This document shows, piece after piece, positions 19,723-30,553 of a stretch of 64,000 nucleotides of DNA. Under the pieces are notes generated by a model. It was not told where the DNA came from, did not search any database, and saw only the letters and a list, made by a program, of their open reading frames with translations. Source of the DNA: Hyphomicrobiales bacterium (lineage in GTDB: Bacteria; Pseudomonadota; Alphaproteobacteria; Rhizobiales; JAJFHR01); the NCBI GenBank assembly GCA_021775475.1, contig JAJFHS010000070.1:29234-93233 (forward strand), written 5' to 3'. How positions within the stretch are numbered: position 1 is the first letter of the stretch; every line of letters starts with the position of its first letter. The position numbers were made by a program, and so were the translations under genes.

Positions 19723-21840
19723 ATGCGGCCTGAGATACTAAATCCACTGTTTGCGCCCATTGGCAAACTTCAGGGCATCGGCCCCAAACTGGAAAAGCTG
19801 ATCACTGTTTTATTGAAAGGCAGTGGCCAGACAACCATGGCGAATGTTGTCGATCTTTTGTGGCATCTGCCCAGCGGTCTCATTGACCGGCGTTTTCAAC
19901 CTAAAATTTCCGAAGTCATTGCCGGTGAACTGGCAACATTAAAAGTCACCATTGGCGAACATGTGCCACCGCTCGGAAATCAGCGTCGCCTGCCCTACCG
20001 GGTGCATTGTTTTGATGACACCGGTACTATTGATCTGATATTTTTTCACAGCCACACGGATTACCTGCAAAAACAGATACCTGTTGGTTCAGTGCGCTAT
20101 ATCAGTGGCAAAATTGAGGTGTTTCGCGATATAGCGCAAATGCCCCATCCCGATCATATGGTTTCTCAAGAAGAATTCGACAAATTACCTCTGGTTGAAC
20201 CGGTCTACCCGATGACCGGGGGGCTGGCGCGAAAAACCCTGCAACGCTCGGTGTCTCTGGCTCTGGAACGAGTGCCGCAGATGCCCGAATGGCAGGATAA
20301 AGCCTGGAAGAAAAAACAGAAATATCAGTCTTTCAATGAGGCGCTGGTTGATGCCCATGCACCCACCGACCATCAAAACCTCGAACCCAATGATCCTGCA
20401 CGCTTGCGCCTGGCTTATGATGAGCTGTTGGCCAATCAACTGGCTTTAGGGCTGGTGCGCGCGCACATGCGCCGTGCTGCTGGCAGGACCATCAGCGGCA
20501 CCGGTGAGTTGCGGGCAAGATTGCTTGAGCTATTGCCCTTCAGCTTAACGCGCTCACAGGTGCAATCTGTTGAGGAAATCCTCAAAGATATGACCACCCC
20601 TGAACGCATGATGCGGCTACTTCAGGGCGATGTGGGCAGTGGCAAGACCATCGTTGCCCTGCTGGCGATGCTGGCCGCGGTCGAAAGCGGCGCCCAAGCC
20701 GCCATCATGGCGCCAACTGAAATCCTCTGCCGTCAACATTTTGAGATGATGGAAGGTCTGTGCCGGCAACTTGATGTCAGTGTCGTTATCCTTACCGGTC
20801 GTGACACCGGTAAGGCGCGTACAGCGTTGCTGGAAAAAATCAAATCCGGCGCAGCACAGATCATTATTGGCACGCACGCCATATTTCAGGCCGGGGTCGA
20901 GTTTAGGGATTTGGCGCTGGCGGTTATTGATGAACAACACCGTTTTGGTGTTCATCAGCGATTGGCCTTGCAGGAAAAGGCCGGTGGCGGCCACGCACTT
21001 GATCTGCTGGTGATGACGGCAACGCCCATCCCGCGCACGCTGACATTGACAATTTATGGCGATATGGACGTATCAAAGCTGCTGGAAAAGCCCGCCGGGC
21101 GGCTTCCGGTTGACACCAGGGTCTTGCCCATCTCCCGCCTGAACGATGTGACCGGAAGACTTGAACACTCTTTACAACAGGGTGCGCAGGTTTACTGGGT
21201 GTGTCCACTGGTGGAAGATTCTGAGCTACTCGATCTTACATCCGCCGAACAACGCTACGAAAGCCTCAAAGGTCTGTTTGGCGACAGGGTTGGCCTCATT
21301 CACGGACGCATGAAAGGCCAGGAAAAAGAGGCGGTAATGGAGAGGTTTCGCACTTCGCAACTTAGTATTCTGGTAGCGACCACGGTTATCGAAGTCGGCG
21401 TTGATGTGCCCAATGCCACGATTATGATTATCGAACACGCTGAACGCTTTGGTCTGGCGCAATTGCATCAGTTGCGCGGTCGTGTGGGGCGTGGCGGCAG
21501 TAAATCCAGTTGTCTGCTACTCTATCAGTCTCCCTTAAGCGAAACCGCCACCAAACGCCTGAAAATCATGCGGGAAACCGAAGATGGATTTTTAATCGCT
21601 GAGGAAGATTTGAAACTGCGCGGTACCGGAGAATTGCTTGGCACCAGACAAAGCGGCTTTGCTCATTTCCACATTGCCGATCTTGATGCCCATTCAGAGT
21701 TGTTGGCTGCTGCACGCGATGACGCCACAATGATCATCGCCAAAGATGCCAGATTGGAAAGCGCACGCGGACAGGCTTTAAGGGTATTGCTATATCTGTT
21801 TGAGAGAAACGAAGCGATAAAACTTCTGCATGCGGGGTAG
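19723..21840 (+). CDS. recG: ATP-dependent DNA helicase RecG
   Basis: 705 aa. GDVGSGKTIVA, VIDEQHRFGV, MTATPIPRTL, QLRGRVGRG, and an N-terminal wedge/OB region. Confidence 0.97.
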   Translation: MRPEILNPLFAPIGKLQGIGPKLEKLITVLLKGSGQTTMANVVDLLWHLPSGLIDRRFQPKISEVIAGELATLKVTIGEHVPPLGNQRRLPYRVHCFDDTGTIDLIFFHSHTDYLQKQIPVGSVRYISGKIEVFRDIAQMPHPDHMVSQEEFDKLPLVEPVYPMTGGLARKTLQRSVSLALERVPQMPEWQDKAWKKKQKYQSFNEALVDAHAPTDHQNLEPNDPARLRLAYDELLANQLALGLVRAHMRRAAGRTISGTGELRARLLELLPFSLTRSQVQSVEEILKDMTTPERMMRLLQGDVGSGKTIVALLAMLAAVESGAQAAIMAPTEILCRQHFEMMEGLCRQLDVSVVILTGRDTGKARTALLEKIKSGAAQIIIGTHAIFQAGVEFRDLALAVIDEQHRFGVHQRLALQEKAGGGHALDLLVMTATPIPRTLTLTIYGDMDVSKLLEKPAGRLPVDTRVLPISRLNDVTGRLEHSLQQGAQVYWVCPLVEDSELLDLTSAEQRYESLKGLFGDRVGLIHGRMKGQEKEAVMERFRTSQLSILVATTVIEVGVDVPNATIMIIEHAERFGLAQLHQLRGRVGRGGSKSSCLLLYQSPLSETATKRLKIMRETEDGFLIAEEDLKLRGTGELLGTRQSGFAHFHIADLDAHSELLAAARDDATMIIAKDARLESARGQALRVLLYLFERNEAIKLLHAG

Positions 21841-21876
21841 ATGTCCAGAGCCTGTATCTGGTTTACACAAAACTCT

Positions 21877-22584
21877 CTATAAAACGCTCACACCAAAAAG
21901 CCAACCTGCGCCTGCAGTGATGGCCATTGCGAACACTCCCCACACCACAACACGTGCGGTTGCGCGCAAGACCGGGGCACCGCCAGCCTTTGCCCCCAAA
22001 CTGCCCAGTGCCGCCAAAGTAATCACGGTCACAACCAGAACTACCGGAATGATTGATCCTGCTGGTGCTGCGAGAGCGGCAATCAGGGGAATCGCTGCAG
22101 CGACACTGAAAGTCACTCCTGAGGCGAATGCAGCCTGTAGCGGGTTCGCCGCATGGATCTCTGAAAGGCCAAGTTCATCGCGTACATGCGCGCCAAGCGC
22201 GTCATGATCTGTCAGCTCATTGGCAACCAAAAGAGCGGTTTTTTCACTCAGTCCCTTCTCCTGATAGATAGCGGTGAGTTCGGCAAGTTCTGCTTCCGGG
22301 AACTCCCGCAACGCTTTTGCTTCGCGTGCAATGTCGGCGCGTTCGGTGTCGGATTGTGAGGATACGGAAACATATTCACCGGCAGCCATCGACATTGCTC
22401 CAGCTGAGAGCCCGGCAATGCCCGCAATAAAAACAGAACCTGGGTTGGGATCTGCTGCAGCGACACCCACGATCAGGGACGAGACAGAAACTATTCCGTC
22501 ATTCGCACCAAGAACTGCAGCGCGAAGCCAACCACTGCGGGTGATGTAGTGGGGTTCTCCTGGATGGGCCGATAGATCAGGCAT
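21877..22584 (-). CDS. VIT1/CCC1-family iron/manganese transporter
   Basis: WLRAAVLGANDGIVSVSSLIVGVAAA, a central acidic loop (SQSDTERADIAREAKAL), and C-terminal TM helices. Confidence 0.85.
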   Translation of the reverse strand: MPDLSAHPGEPHYITRSGWLRAAVLGANDGIVSVSSLIVGVAAADPNPGSVFIAGIAGLSAGAMSMAAGEYVSVSSQSDTERADIAREAKALREFPEAELAELTAIYQEKGLSEKTALLVANELTDHDALGAHVRDELGLSEIHAANPLQAAFASGVTFSVAAAIPLIAALAAPAGSIIPVVLVVTVITLAALGSLGAKAGGAPVLRATARVVVWGVFAMAITAGAGWLFGVSVL

Positions 22585-22701
22585 TTAGTATCCTTTTCAT
22601 GGTCAGAACAATGCTGGTGTCTTTCGAGAGAAACCCGAAAGCACAGATTATTTTGCAGGTGGAGCCAGCGGTCCCATAAACGAAAATGAAGGCAATACGT
22701 A

Positions 22702-23523
22702 TCAAGCGTTTTCGTGTTTTTGGCTGTCTTCCTGATTTTTGTCTTTATCGCCCGGTTCCTTGCTGTGTGCCGCACGCAGTTCGTCTGCCTGTTTGCCATC
22801 CAAAACCACCGGTTCGTCGGTTTCTCCGTCTTTGGTTTTGGGCGTTACCAAGCCCGCGGATATGACCATTTTGGCGGCTTCTTCCACGCTCATGGAGAGG
22901 ATTTCAATATCCTTGCGGGGCACAAACAGCAAAAATCCCGAGGTTGGATTTGGGGTGGTTGGCAGGAATACACTCAACATGCCATCTTTTTCATAACCAG
23001 CGCGGGTCAGGACTTCACCTTCCGTGCGCGTTGAAACAAAGACGAGTGCGTACAAGCCTTTACGCGGGTATTCAATCAATCCAACTTCCTGAAAAGACGA
23101 ATTGCTTTGCGAAATGGCAGTTTCGAATATCTGCTTGAGCGCTTTATAGAGATTGCGGACAAATGGCATGTTGTCCAAAAACCGTTCGCCAAAACCTACT
23201 ATTGTGCGGCCAAACAGGTTTGCGGTCAGGGCACCAAGAACCATCAGCATTATAATGGCGAAAATCAACCCGACACCGGGCACCGCGAAAGGAAGATATG
23301 TTTCGGGATTGTAAGCTGCCGGCAACAGCGGCTTAAACCAGTCGTCGACAAGGGAGACAAACGACCAGGTAATATATACCGTTATCGAGACGGGGGCTGC
23401 AATAACCAGGCCAGTAAGGAAATAATTGCGCAAACGACTGCCAATATATCCACGCCGTGATTTTGTATCTTTTTTCAAAATCTTGAACTCACCGTCTTTT
23501 TTCTGACTGGTTTTCTTAGACAT
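22702..23523 (-). CDS. DUF502-domain membrane protein with a Lys/Asp/Glu-rich C-terminal tail
   Basis: RLRNYFLTGLVIAAPVSITVYITW..., PGVGLIFAIIMLMVLG, VPTTPNPTSGFLLFVPRKD. These are typical DUF502 signatures as I recall them. Confidence 0.75.
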   Translation of the reverse strand: MSKKTSQKKDGEFKILKKDTKSRRGYIGSRLRNYFLTGLVIAAPVSITVYITWSFVSLVDDWFKPLLPAAYNPETYLPFAVPGVGLIFAIIMLMVLGALTANLFGRTIVGFGERFLDNMPFVRNLYKALKQIFETAISQSNSSFQEVGLIEYPRKGLYALVFVSTRTEGEVLTRAGYEKDGMLSVFLPTTPNPTSGFLLFVPRKDIEILSMSVEEAAKMVISAGLVTPKTKDGETDEPVVLDGKQADELRAAHSKEPGDKDKNQEDSQKHENA

Positions 23524-23681
23524 CGAGGTGCTGATATCCTAAATTTTTTATGTTTCAGGCTAATAGCATATATTGACGCAAGATTTGTCAAAACTATGGT
23601 CGTAGCCCCATATCGCCACGGTATAGCCTACCATACCCGGAGATAAGATGTGCACGGAAAAATTTAAAATATAGCTTTCAG

Positions 23682-24965
23682 TTAACCGTTGCCGCTGACG
23701 GGGAAACAGTTGACAGCACGTTGTTTTATAGCCTCACACATGCGCTGTGCCGCCCGCCAGGACTTGAAGGGGCCGACCTGTATTCTATACAGTATTCCAC
23801 CGCCATCAATTTTAACTTTCTGGAAAGTCGGTTTGAGGTTTTCAAGCAAATCCTCATGTTGAGCGCGGAGGAAAAACCAGACCTTGTTGGCTCTGGAACT
23901 GGTACGACTGGTTCCCAGCTGTACTTTGAAATTACCACGAACGACCCGTTTTTTTGGTAAGGTTTTTGGGCGTTTGGATTTTTGCGCTTTCTTCAGCCCC
24001 GGTCCGGGAACAACAATGGCGACACGGCCACTGGCGGGATCTGTCAGGGTTCCGCGCAAGGTGAGCTTCTTGTATTGAACCGGCTGTTTTTCTACTTTAG
24101 CCACCCCACGCAGTCCCAGGTCCGGGTTCTGGTTCGGGTTCGGGCGGGCAAATTCTGAGATTACACGTCTCGACTTACGAGCCGGATTACTGGTTAGTGT
24201 TGCCTTTGAAATTGAGCTGGTGGCAATCGGACTGTCGTCGTTAATGGATGCGGTTTTGGTTGGAAATGTATACAGGTCCGCGGTCGTCAAACGCGCCAGC
24301 ATATCGCTGGCCTCTTTAAACCTTGGCCGCAGCCGGAGGGCATATTTGAGAGAGGTTATGGCGGCTTTATTGCGATTTAATCTTTCGTATGACATCGCCA
24401 GTCCCAAATAAGTCAGATAGGGTTGTGGATTGCCAAGTTTGAGAGATTTTATAAAATCCCCAATCGCCTGTTCAGGCCTACCCAATTTTCGCAGAACATT
24501 GCCGCGATTATGATAAGCGGGCGCAAATTTCGGATTTTTCTCAATGGCCGAGGTGAAATCAGCCAGCGCGGCTTGTGGGCGCTTGAGACCATCGTGCACA
24601 AGGCCGCGATTGTAGTATACAACTTTGAGAACCTTGTCGTTGAGGGTTTTTAAGTTGATGGCGCTGGAGTAATCAGCGCGCGCCACATCCAGCTTGCCCA
24701 GTGCCTGACTGGCTAATCCGCGGTTATAATAGGCAACACCTTGCAGATTATCATCAACCGGTTTTTGATTAATGACACGGGTCAGTTTTTTGATGGCACT
24801 ATTGAATTGCCGTTTCTTCAGCAGCTTTAATGCTTGCGAAAACACGACCTTGGTTTTCAATGATGTATCGGTGTCGGCGTGGGCCAGAGGTATCATTACC
24901 CATGTGGCAAATGATAGAACCATCGCCAGCCAAAAAGCGTTCAAAATTACCGAAAACCTGTACAT
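23682..24965 (-). CDS. TPR-repeat protein with a C-terminal SPOR domain (secreted or periplasmic)
   Basis: Signal-like MYRFSVILNAFWLAMVLSFATWVMIPLAHA. TPR units (AYYNRGLASQALGKLDVARADY, VYYNRGLVHDGL, AYHNRGNVLRKLG). C-terminus FKVQLGTSR...YRIQVGPFKSWRAAQRMCEAIK is SPOR-like. I chose the start at ATG 24965. Confidence 0.75.
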   Translation of the reverse strand: MYRFSVILNAFWLAMVLSFATWVMIPLAHADTDTSLKTKVVFSQALKLLKKRQFNSAIKKLTRVINQKPVDDNLQGVAYYNRGLASQALGKLDVARADYSSAINLKTLNDKVLKVVYYNRGLVHDGLKRPQAALADFTSAIEKNPKFAPAYHNRGNVLRKLGRPEQAIGDFIKSLKLGNPQPYLTYLGLAMSYERLNRNKAAITSLKYALRLRPRFKEASDMLARLTTADLYTFPTKTASINDDSPIATSSISKATLTSNPARKSRRVISEFARPNPNQNPDLGLRGVAKVEKQPVQYKKLTLRGTLTDPASGRVAIVVPGPGLKKAQKSKRPKTLPKKRVVRGNFKVQLGTSRTSSRANKVWFFLRAQHEDLLENLKPTFQKVKIDGGGILYRIQVGPFKSWRAAQRMCEAIKQRAVNCFPVSGNG

Positions 24966-25069
24966 ATCAACCGCAAACTTCACAACTGAGACATGATGTT
25001 CGACCATCAATCTATTGGTCAATTTAAACTTGCTAACAATATTGGGCTGATTCTGATTAAGAAATCGTA

Positions 25070-26893
25070 TTATTCAATTGTTACGGATTTTGCCAGGTTT
25101 CGTGGCTGATCCACATCAGTTCCCAGCAAAACGGCAGCGTGATAGGCCAATAATTGCACCGGGATCGCATACAGCAACGGATTGATGAAAGAATCAGCCT
25201 TTGGCACATGGATAAGATCGAATAATTCCGTACCAATTCCGTTGCGCTCATCAGCATCGGTTATCATGATTATCTGACCGCCGCGTGCAGCAACTTCCTG
25301 CATGTTGGAGACGGTTTTTTCAAACAGGTTATCGCGTGGAGCAACAATGATTACCGGGACATTGTCATCGACCAGAGCAATGGGCCCGTGTTTTAGTTCA
25401 CCGGCAGCATAGCCTTCGGCATGAATATACGAAATTTCCTTGAGTTTTAAGGCACCCTCAAGGGCAATCGGGTAATTGATGCCGCGACCAAGAAACAGAA
25501 TATCGCGGGCGCTGACTATACGCTTTGCCACATCATGAATTTCGTCGCTTCGGTTGGTGATTTCGGCCACATGACGCGGCACGCCTATCAGGGATGTTAC
25601 CAAATCGTTCTCTTCTTCGATGCTTAAATGCCCGCGCGCGCGACCAGCGGCAATGGCAAGGCAGGCAAGAACTGTTAACTGGCAGGTAAAAGCCTTGGTT
25701 GAGGCAACCCCGACTTCGGTGCCGGCAAAAATTGGAATGACAGCGTCGCTCGCCCGCGCAATCGTAGATTCTTGCACATTGACAATACTGGCGATTTTCT
25801 GGCCGTTATCCTTGCAGTATTGCAAGGCTGCCAGAGTATCAGCAGTTTCGCCCGATTGTGATATGAACAGGGCGAGGCCATCATCGGCCAAGGGTGCTTC
25901 GCGATAGCGAAACTCGGAGGCTATATCGACATCGACCGGCAGGCGGGCATATTTTTCAAACCAGTATTTAGCCGCCATTCCGGCATAAAAGGCTGTTCCA
26001 CACGCACTTATGGTGAGGCGGGGCAGATTGGCGAAATCAATCCCGAAGGCATCGGTTTTTATTGTGCGCGATGCCAGGTCAACGTAATTGGCAAATGTAT
26101 GGCCGATAACTTCGGGTTGTTCAAAAATCTCCTTGACCATGAAATGGCGGTGATTGCCTTTGTCGATCATGGCCGCCGATACAGACGTTTGTTGCCATGG
26201 CCGCCCAACGAGGTTTCCGGAAAAATCGAATATTTCATGGCTGTCATGGCTTAAGACGACCCAGTCACCGTCTTCGAGAAAAATCACCCGATTGGTCAAG
26301 GCCGCAAGTGCAATGGCGTCCGAGCCCAGATACATTTCGCCTTCACCTCGTCCCACCGCCAGCGGACTGCCTTTGCGTGCGCCAATCAAAACTTCCGTGT
26401 TGCCATCAAATAGCATGACCAGACCAAAAGCACCTTGCAGCTGTGGCAGAACCGCGCTCACGGCATCTTTGGGGCTGGCACCATTTTCTATTTCAACGGC
26501 CAGAAGCTGGGCTACGACTTCGGTATCGGTTTCGGTTTCAAATATTTTTCCTTTGCCTTCAAGCTCGCGTTTTAGTTCAAGGAAGTTTTCGATAATACCG
26601 TTATGAACAACAGCTACCGAGCCTGCTGCAACGGGATGCGCATTGCCAACGGTGGGGGCGCCGTGTGACGCCCATCTTGTGTGACCGATGCCGATAGGGC
26701 CGAACAAAGGTTCCGCTTCCACAAGTTTTTCGAGATTGTGCAGTTTCCCGGCGGCGCGGCGGCGTTTAAGCCTGCCGTTTTCCAAAGTGGCAATACCGGC
26801 TGAATCATAGCCGCGATACTCCAACCGCTTGAGACCATCGAGCAAACGATTGGCTGCGGGCTCGGTTCCAATAATGCCGACAATTCCACACAT
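25070..26893 (-). CDS. glmS: glutamine--fructose-6-phosphate aminotransferase
   Basis: True start is MCGIVG (N-terminal Cys nucleophile) at 26893. Two SIS domains and a C-terminal ...PRNLAKSVTIE. The track ORF carries a spurious 35-aa N-terminal extension. Confidence 0.97.
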   Translation of the reverse strand: MCGIVGIIGTEPAANRLLDGLKRLEYRGYDSAGIATLENGRLKRRRAAGKLHNLEKLVEAEPLFGPIGIGHTRWASHGAPTVGNAHPVAAGSVAVVHNGIIENFLELKRELEGKGKIFETETDTEVVAQLLAVEIENGASPKDAVSAVLPQLQGAFGLVMLFDGNTEVLIGARKGSPLAVGRGEGEMYLGSDAIALAALTNRVIFLEDGDWVVLSHDSHEIFDFSGNLVGRPWQQTSVSAAMIDKGNHRHFMVKEIFEQPEVIGHTFANYVDLASRTIKTDAFGIDFANLPRLTISACGTAFYAGMAAKYWFEKYARLPVDVDIASEFRYREAPLADDGLALFISQSGETADTLAALQYCKDNGQKIASIVNVQESTIARASDAVIPIFAGTEVGVASTKAFTCQLTVLACLAIAAGRARGHLSIEEENDLVTSLIGVPRHVAEITNRSDEIHDVAKRIVSARDILFLGRGINYPIALEGALKLKEISYIHAEGYAAGELKHGPIALVDDNVPVIIVAPRDNLFEKTVSNMQEVAARGGQIIMITDADERNGIGTELFDLIHVPKADSFINPLLYAIPVQLLAYHAAVLLGTDVDQPRNLAKSVTIE

Positions 26894-26897
26894 GAGG

Positions 26898-28256
26898 TTA
26901 GTCCTTTGCCGTTTTTTTGTTTTTAACGTTTTTGCATCGATAGGTTTTGGCCCACCCGTCGATATTCTTTTGTTTGCCGCGCGATATCGCCAGCGCATCG
27001 CGATTTACATCTTTGGTAATAACACTGCCTGAGCCCACATAAGCGCCGTCAGCGATACGAACAGGGGCAACGAGTGATGAGTTGGAGCCGATAAACGCGC
27101 CCTCGCCTATTTCGGTCAGATGCTTGTTAAAGCCATCATAGTTGCATGTGATTGTGCCAGCACCGATATTGGCGTGAGCGCCAACTTTGGCGTCCCCCAC
27201 ATAGGACAGGTGGTTAACTTTGGCACCTTTGCTGATTTCGGCATTTTTTATTTCGACAAAATTACCAACTTTTACGGCATCCGACAAAACCGTTCCCGGA
27301 CGCAGTCTGGCATAGGGGCCGATACTAGCGTTTTTTCCGATCAGTGCGCCTTCAATATGGCAAAAAGCGCGAATGGTAGCGCCGCTGGACACAAAAACAC
27401 CGGGGCCGAACACGACATTGGGCTCTATTATCACATCGGGTTTTATGACGGTGTCATGACTGAAATAAACCGTTGTGGGCGCAACCATCTGAACACCATT
27501 TTCCATGGCGCGGGCGCGGGCGCGATTTTGATATATGGTTTCCGCGTTGCTTAATTGCGTTTTCGTGTTGACGCCAAGAACTTCTTCTTCATCACATTCT
27601 ATCGCGCCAACTTTAAGCCCCAATGACGCGGCAATTTCAATGACATCGGTGAGATAATATTCACCATTTGCATTGTCATTGCTCAGCGCTTCAATCAGCA
27701 CTGGAAAATCTTTGCCCGCCATGCCAACCACACCGGAATTGCAAAAATCAATTTCACGTTCCCCGGCACTGGCGTCCTTGTGTTCTCTTATGGCAGTGAT
27801 GTTGCCATCATCACCACGTATGAGGCGTCCGTAACCTGTGGGGTCATCGGCCCTGAAACCAATGACACCGACATCATGAGCCTGCATGAGTTCGTCAAAA
27901 CGCTGCAACGTTTGAGCCGTCATCAAAGGGGTGTCGCCAAAAAGTACGACAATATTGCCGTTGAATTTCACTAACTTCTCAGCGACACATTGAACCGCGT
28001 GACCAGTACCAAGTGTTTTGGGCTGGACCACAATTTCGACCGTATCATCGTCGTTCAGAACCACCCGGGTGACATCATCCATATCCGGTGAGACAACAAC
28101 AATTTTCTTCTGCGGATTAAGGCTTTCAACGGCATCCAGCGCATGCAAAACCATGGGCCGACCGGCAATCTCATGAAGGATTTTCGCCTTGGTCGATTTC
28201 ATTCTGGTACCCTTGCCCGCGGCAAGGATAATTACTGCACAGGGAATATGTGTCAT
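26898..28256 (-). CDS. glmU: bifunctional UDP-N-acetylglucosamine pyrophosphorylase / GlcN-1-P acetyltransferase
   Basis: ILAAGKGTRMKS and C-terminal left-handed beta-helix hexapeptide repeats. Confidence 0.97.
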   Translation of the reverse strand: MTHIPCAVIILAAGKGTRMKSTKAKILHEIAGRPMVLHALDAVESLNPQKKIVVVSPDMDDVTRVVLNDDDTVEIVVQPKTLGTGHAVQCVAEKLVKFNGNIVVLFGDTPLMTAQTLQRFDELMQAHDVGVIGFRADDPTGYGRLIRGDDGNITAIREHKDASAGEREIDFCNSGVVGMAGKDFPVLIEALSNDNANGEYYLTDVIEIAASLGLKVGAIECDEEEVLGVNTKTQLSNAETIYQNRARARAMENGVQMVAPTTVYFSHDTVIKPDVIIEPNVVFGPGVFVSSGATIRAFCHIEGALIGKNASIGPYARLRPGTVLSDAVKVGNFVEIKNAEISKGAKVNHLSYVGDAKVGAHANIGAGTITCNYDGFNKHLTEIGEGAFIGSNSSLVAPVRIADGAYVGSGSVITKDVNRDALAISRGKQKNIDGWAKTYRCKNVKNKKTAKD

Positions 28257-28396
28257 TTTCTTGTTAATTCAGAATCCGGCCAGTGTTGATTAAAAGATGT
28301 AACAACTACAATACTTATCTTGAATTATCATGTTTTGAGGAGGCAGGGTTGAATGTTTTGCCCTGCCAACAGCCTTATTTGGGGAAATTGTTTAAT

Positions 28397-30406
28397 TTAC
28401 GGCACATTGGCGGCTGACTTAGCCTCATCCGGTATATCTTTCACCATTACTGTCGACAACAACCGCAAAACTTCCTTACGCGCACCCGACGTGGCGGCGG
28501 CTTCAAGGGAAATGATATAACGGTTGGTGATGCCGAAGTCAGCAATATTTGATTTGGCCAAAAACAGGTTTTCATTCTCGGTCACGCTGTGTTCTTCATT
28601 ATCGTTAAAAAGCTGCTCATGAACCCGTTCACCCGGGCGCATACCAATAAACTCAATAGCGATATCCTCTTCCGGCCGCATGCCGGACAATCGTATCAAC
28701 TGATGAGCGAGATCGAGAATTTTGACCGGCTCTCCCATATCAAGCACAATAATGCCTCTGGTCTCGCGATTGCCGTTGGACAGCAGGCAGGCCTGAATAA
28801 TTAGCTGCACGGCTTCACGTATGGTCATCAGGTAACGGGTGGCGTCCTTGTGAGTGATTGTCACCGGCCCGCCGTTTTCAATCTGTTCCTTAAACAGCGG
28901 CACAACAGAGCCACTGGAGGCCAGCACATTGCCAAATCGCACTGTCATGATTTTAGTGCCACCGATTTTATTCATGTCGGCATCGAGGCCGCAGCAATAG
29001 GATTCAGCTATTTTTTTGGTGGCACCGAGGATATTTATCGGTGCTACCGCCTTGTCGGTTGATATCAGCACCATTAAAGCGACACCGGTCTCAACACTGG
29101 CGTCCGCAATGTTTTTGGTTCCCACCACATTGGTCAAGACGCCTTCTTCGGGGTTATCTTCCAGCAGGGGAACATGTTTGAGGGCGGCAGCATGAAAGAC
29201 CATATCGGGTTTGGCTTTCCTGAAAACCCTGAACATTGTGTCGCGATCGCGAATATCTCCGATAATACAGTGCCAGTCAAAGCCCGCGTTCAACTGCTTT
29301 AGTTTCTTGTCGATCAAATAAAGATTATATTCGCTGTTATCGATAAGGGTCAGATGCCCGGGTTTTTGCTCGGCTATCTGCAACACCAGTTCGGCACCGA
29401 TACTGCCGCCTGCCCCGGTAACCGCAATACTGCGACCTTTGATCATCTCGCGGATTTTATGCATCTCGAGTGGAACTTCGATGCGGCGCAACAAATCTTC
29501 CGGGGCCAAGGGTCCGACTTCAAACTTTTTGGCGTTGGGGCCTTTGAATTCATCGGGGCGAGACAGGCGCTTAACCGAAAGCGACAGGGATTGAGCTGTA
29601 CGAAACAGTTCCTGAATATTGACACCAGGAACGTCTGATGCAGCAATAATCAAGCTGGTTGGCCGCCTGCCCTTGCGTTCAAGTTTTTCAACCACACTTT
29701 CAAGATCACTGATCTGACCGACAATTGACACACCGCGCAACCAGGTTCCCACCATTTTCGGGCGACGCGTTAACAGGCCGACAATTGCATAAGGACCAGC
29801 CGAATCGCGCTCAATGTGACGGATAAAGGCTTCAGCCTCATTACCGCTACCAACCAGCAATACCGGTTCGCCATTGCCTTTTTGTGCGTCCGTCATGGAG
29901 CCAAGAACATCAATCAACCGATGTTCCTTGAGCAGCCGATAGAGCACGCGCGCAAAGACCATGATGGCTGCCAAGGTCAATGTATTAATGATCACGGTTG
30001 TTCGCGGGAAATTTGCCCCACGGTCAACCATAAAGAGTGCGGCCAGAAAGACCAGATTGACAGCAACCACATAGCGGCCAATGACGATCGTGTCACTCAG
30101 GGTTATATGGCGCCAGCTAATTCGGTGCAGGCGCGAGGCCAGTAGAACGGCAGTAACAACAATCAGATAAAGCCCGAAATTGGTCCAGCCGATCGTCGGT
30201 TTCAAAAACTCATCAGGTCCCAGTCGCAGGGCCAGGGCGACAGGCAGAGATATGGCAGCAAAAATCAGATCGAGGCTGAAGATTACCGCGGTCCGGAATT
30301 TTAAACTCAAAGACAATTTCACTTTGGATGCCAAGATAGCCTCACTATTAACTTTTCGCCAAACCCCTTGTCGATATCCTACAAGTTTATCATCGCAAGG
30401 CTCCAA
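28397..30406 (-). CDS. membrane-anchored polysaccharide biosynthesis protein CapD/PglF/WbpM-like (nucleotide-sugar 4,6-dehydratase family)
   Basis: N-terminal TM helices, VTGAGGSIGAEL, HAAALKHVP, STDKAV. Start is uncertain. The track start is TTG 30406, and an alternative TTG at about 30334 follows GAGG. Confidence 0.85.
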   Translation of the reverse strand: MEPCDDKLVGYRQGVWRKVNSEAILASKVKLSLSLKFRTAVIFSLDLIFAAISLPVALALRLGPDEFLKPTIGWTNFGLYLIVVTAVLLASRLHRISWRHITLSDTIVIGRYVVAVNLVFLAALFMVDRGANFPRTTVIINTLTLAAIMVFARVLYRLLKEHRLIDVLGSMTDAQKGNGEPVLLVGSGNEAEAFIRHIERDSAGPYAIVGLLTRRPKMVGTWLRGVSIVGQISDLESVVEKLERKGRRPTSLIIAASDVPGVNIQELFRTAQSLSLSVKRLSRPDEFKGPNAKKFEVGPLAPEDLLRRIEVPLEMHKIREMIKGRSIAVTGAGGSIGAELVLQIAEQKPGHLTLIDNSEYNLYLIDKKLKQLNAGFDWHCIIGDIRDRDTMFRVFRKAKPDMVFHAAALKHVPLLEDNPEEGVLTNVVGTKNIADASVETGVALMVLISTDKAVAPINILGATKKIAESYCCGLDADMNKIGGTKIMTVRFGNVLASSGSVVPLFKEQIENGGPVTITHKDATRYLMTIREAVQLIIQACLLSNGNRETRGIIVLDMGEPVKILDLAHQLIRLSGMRPEEDIAIEFIGMRPGERVHEQLFNDNEEHSVTENENLFLAKSNIADFGITNRYIISLEAAATSGARKEVLRLLSTVMVKDIPDEAKSAANVP

Positions 30407-30553
30407 CAGCTTGGCAAGCTACCACGTGAATGACATTTTGCAAGCCACCAACCGCACCTATCGTTAATCCTTTTTTAACCCGGTTGACGGCACTTTATAA
30501 CGTCTGTCATTGTCAGTCGAGACTGGAATTGTGCCAAATCGGAACATCTGAAT

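Noticed and set aside
22585-22701. Hairpin GTGTCTTTCG-AGAGAAAC-CGAAAGCAC upstream of the VIT-family gene; possible Mn/Fe riboswitch?
   Set aside because: I cannot find the conserved yybP-ykoY core elements or any other riboswitch signature I know. It is a single short stem-loop and may just be the DUF502 gene terminator.
26894-26998. 35-aa N-terminal extension of the glmS ORF (and similar extensions on the SDR, coaD, marC, cfa, mcl and EamA ORFs)
   Set aside because: The conserved N-termini begin at internal ATGs with better RBS. Examples are MCGIVG for GlmS, whose Cys must be residue 1 after Met removal. The extensions overlap upstream genes or intergenic DNA.
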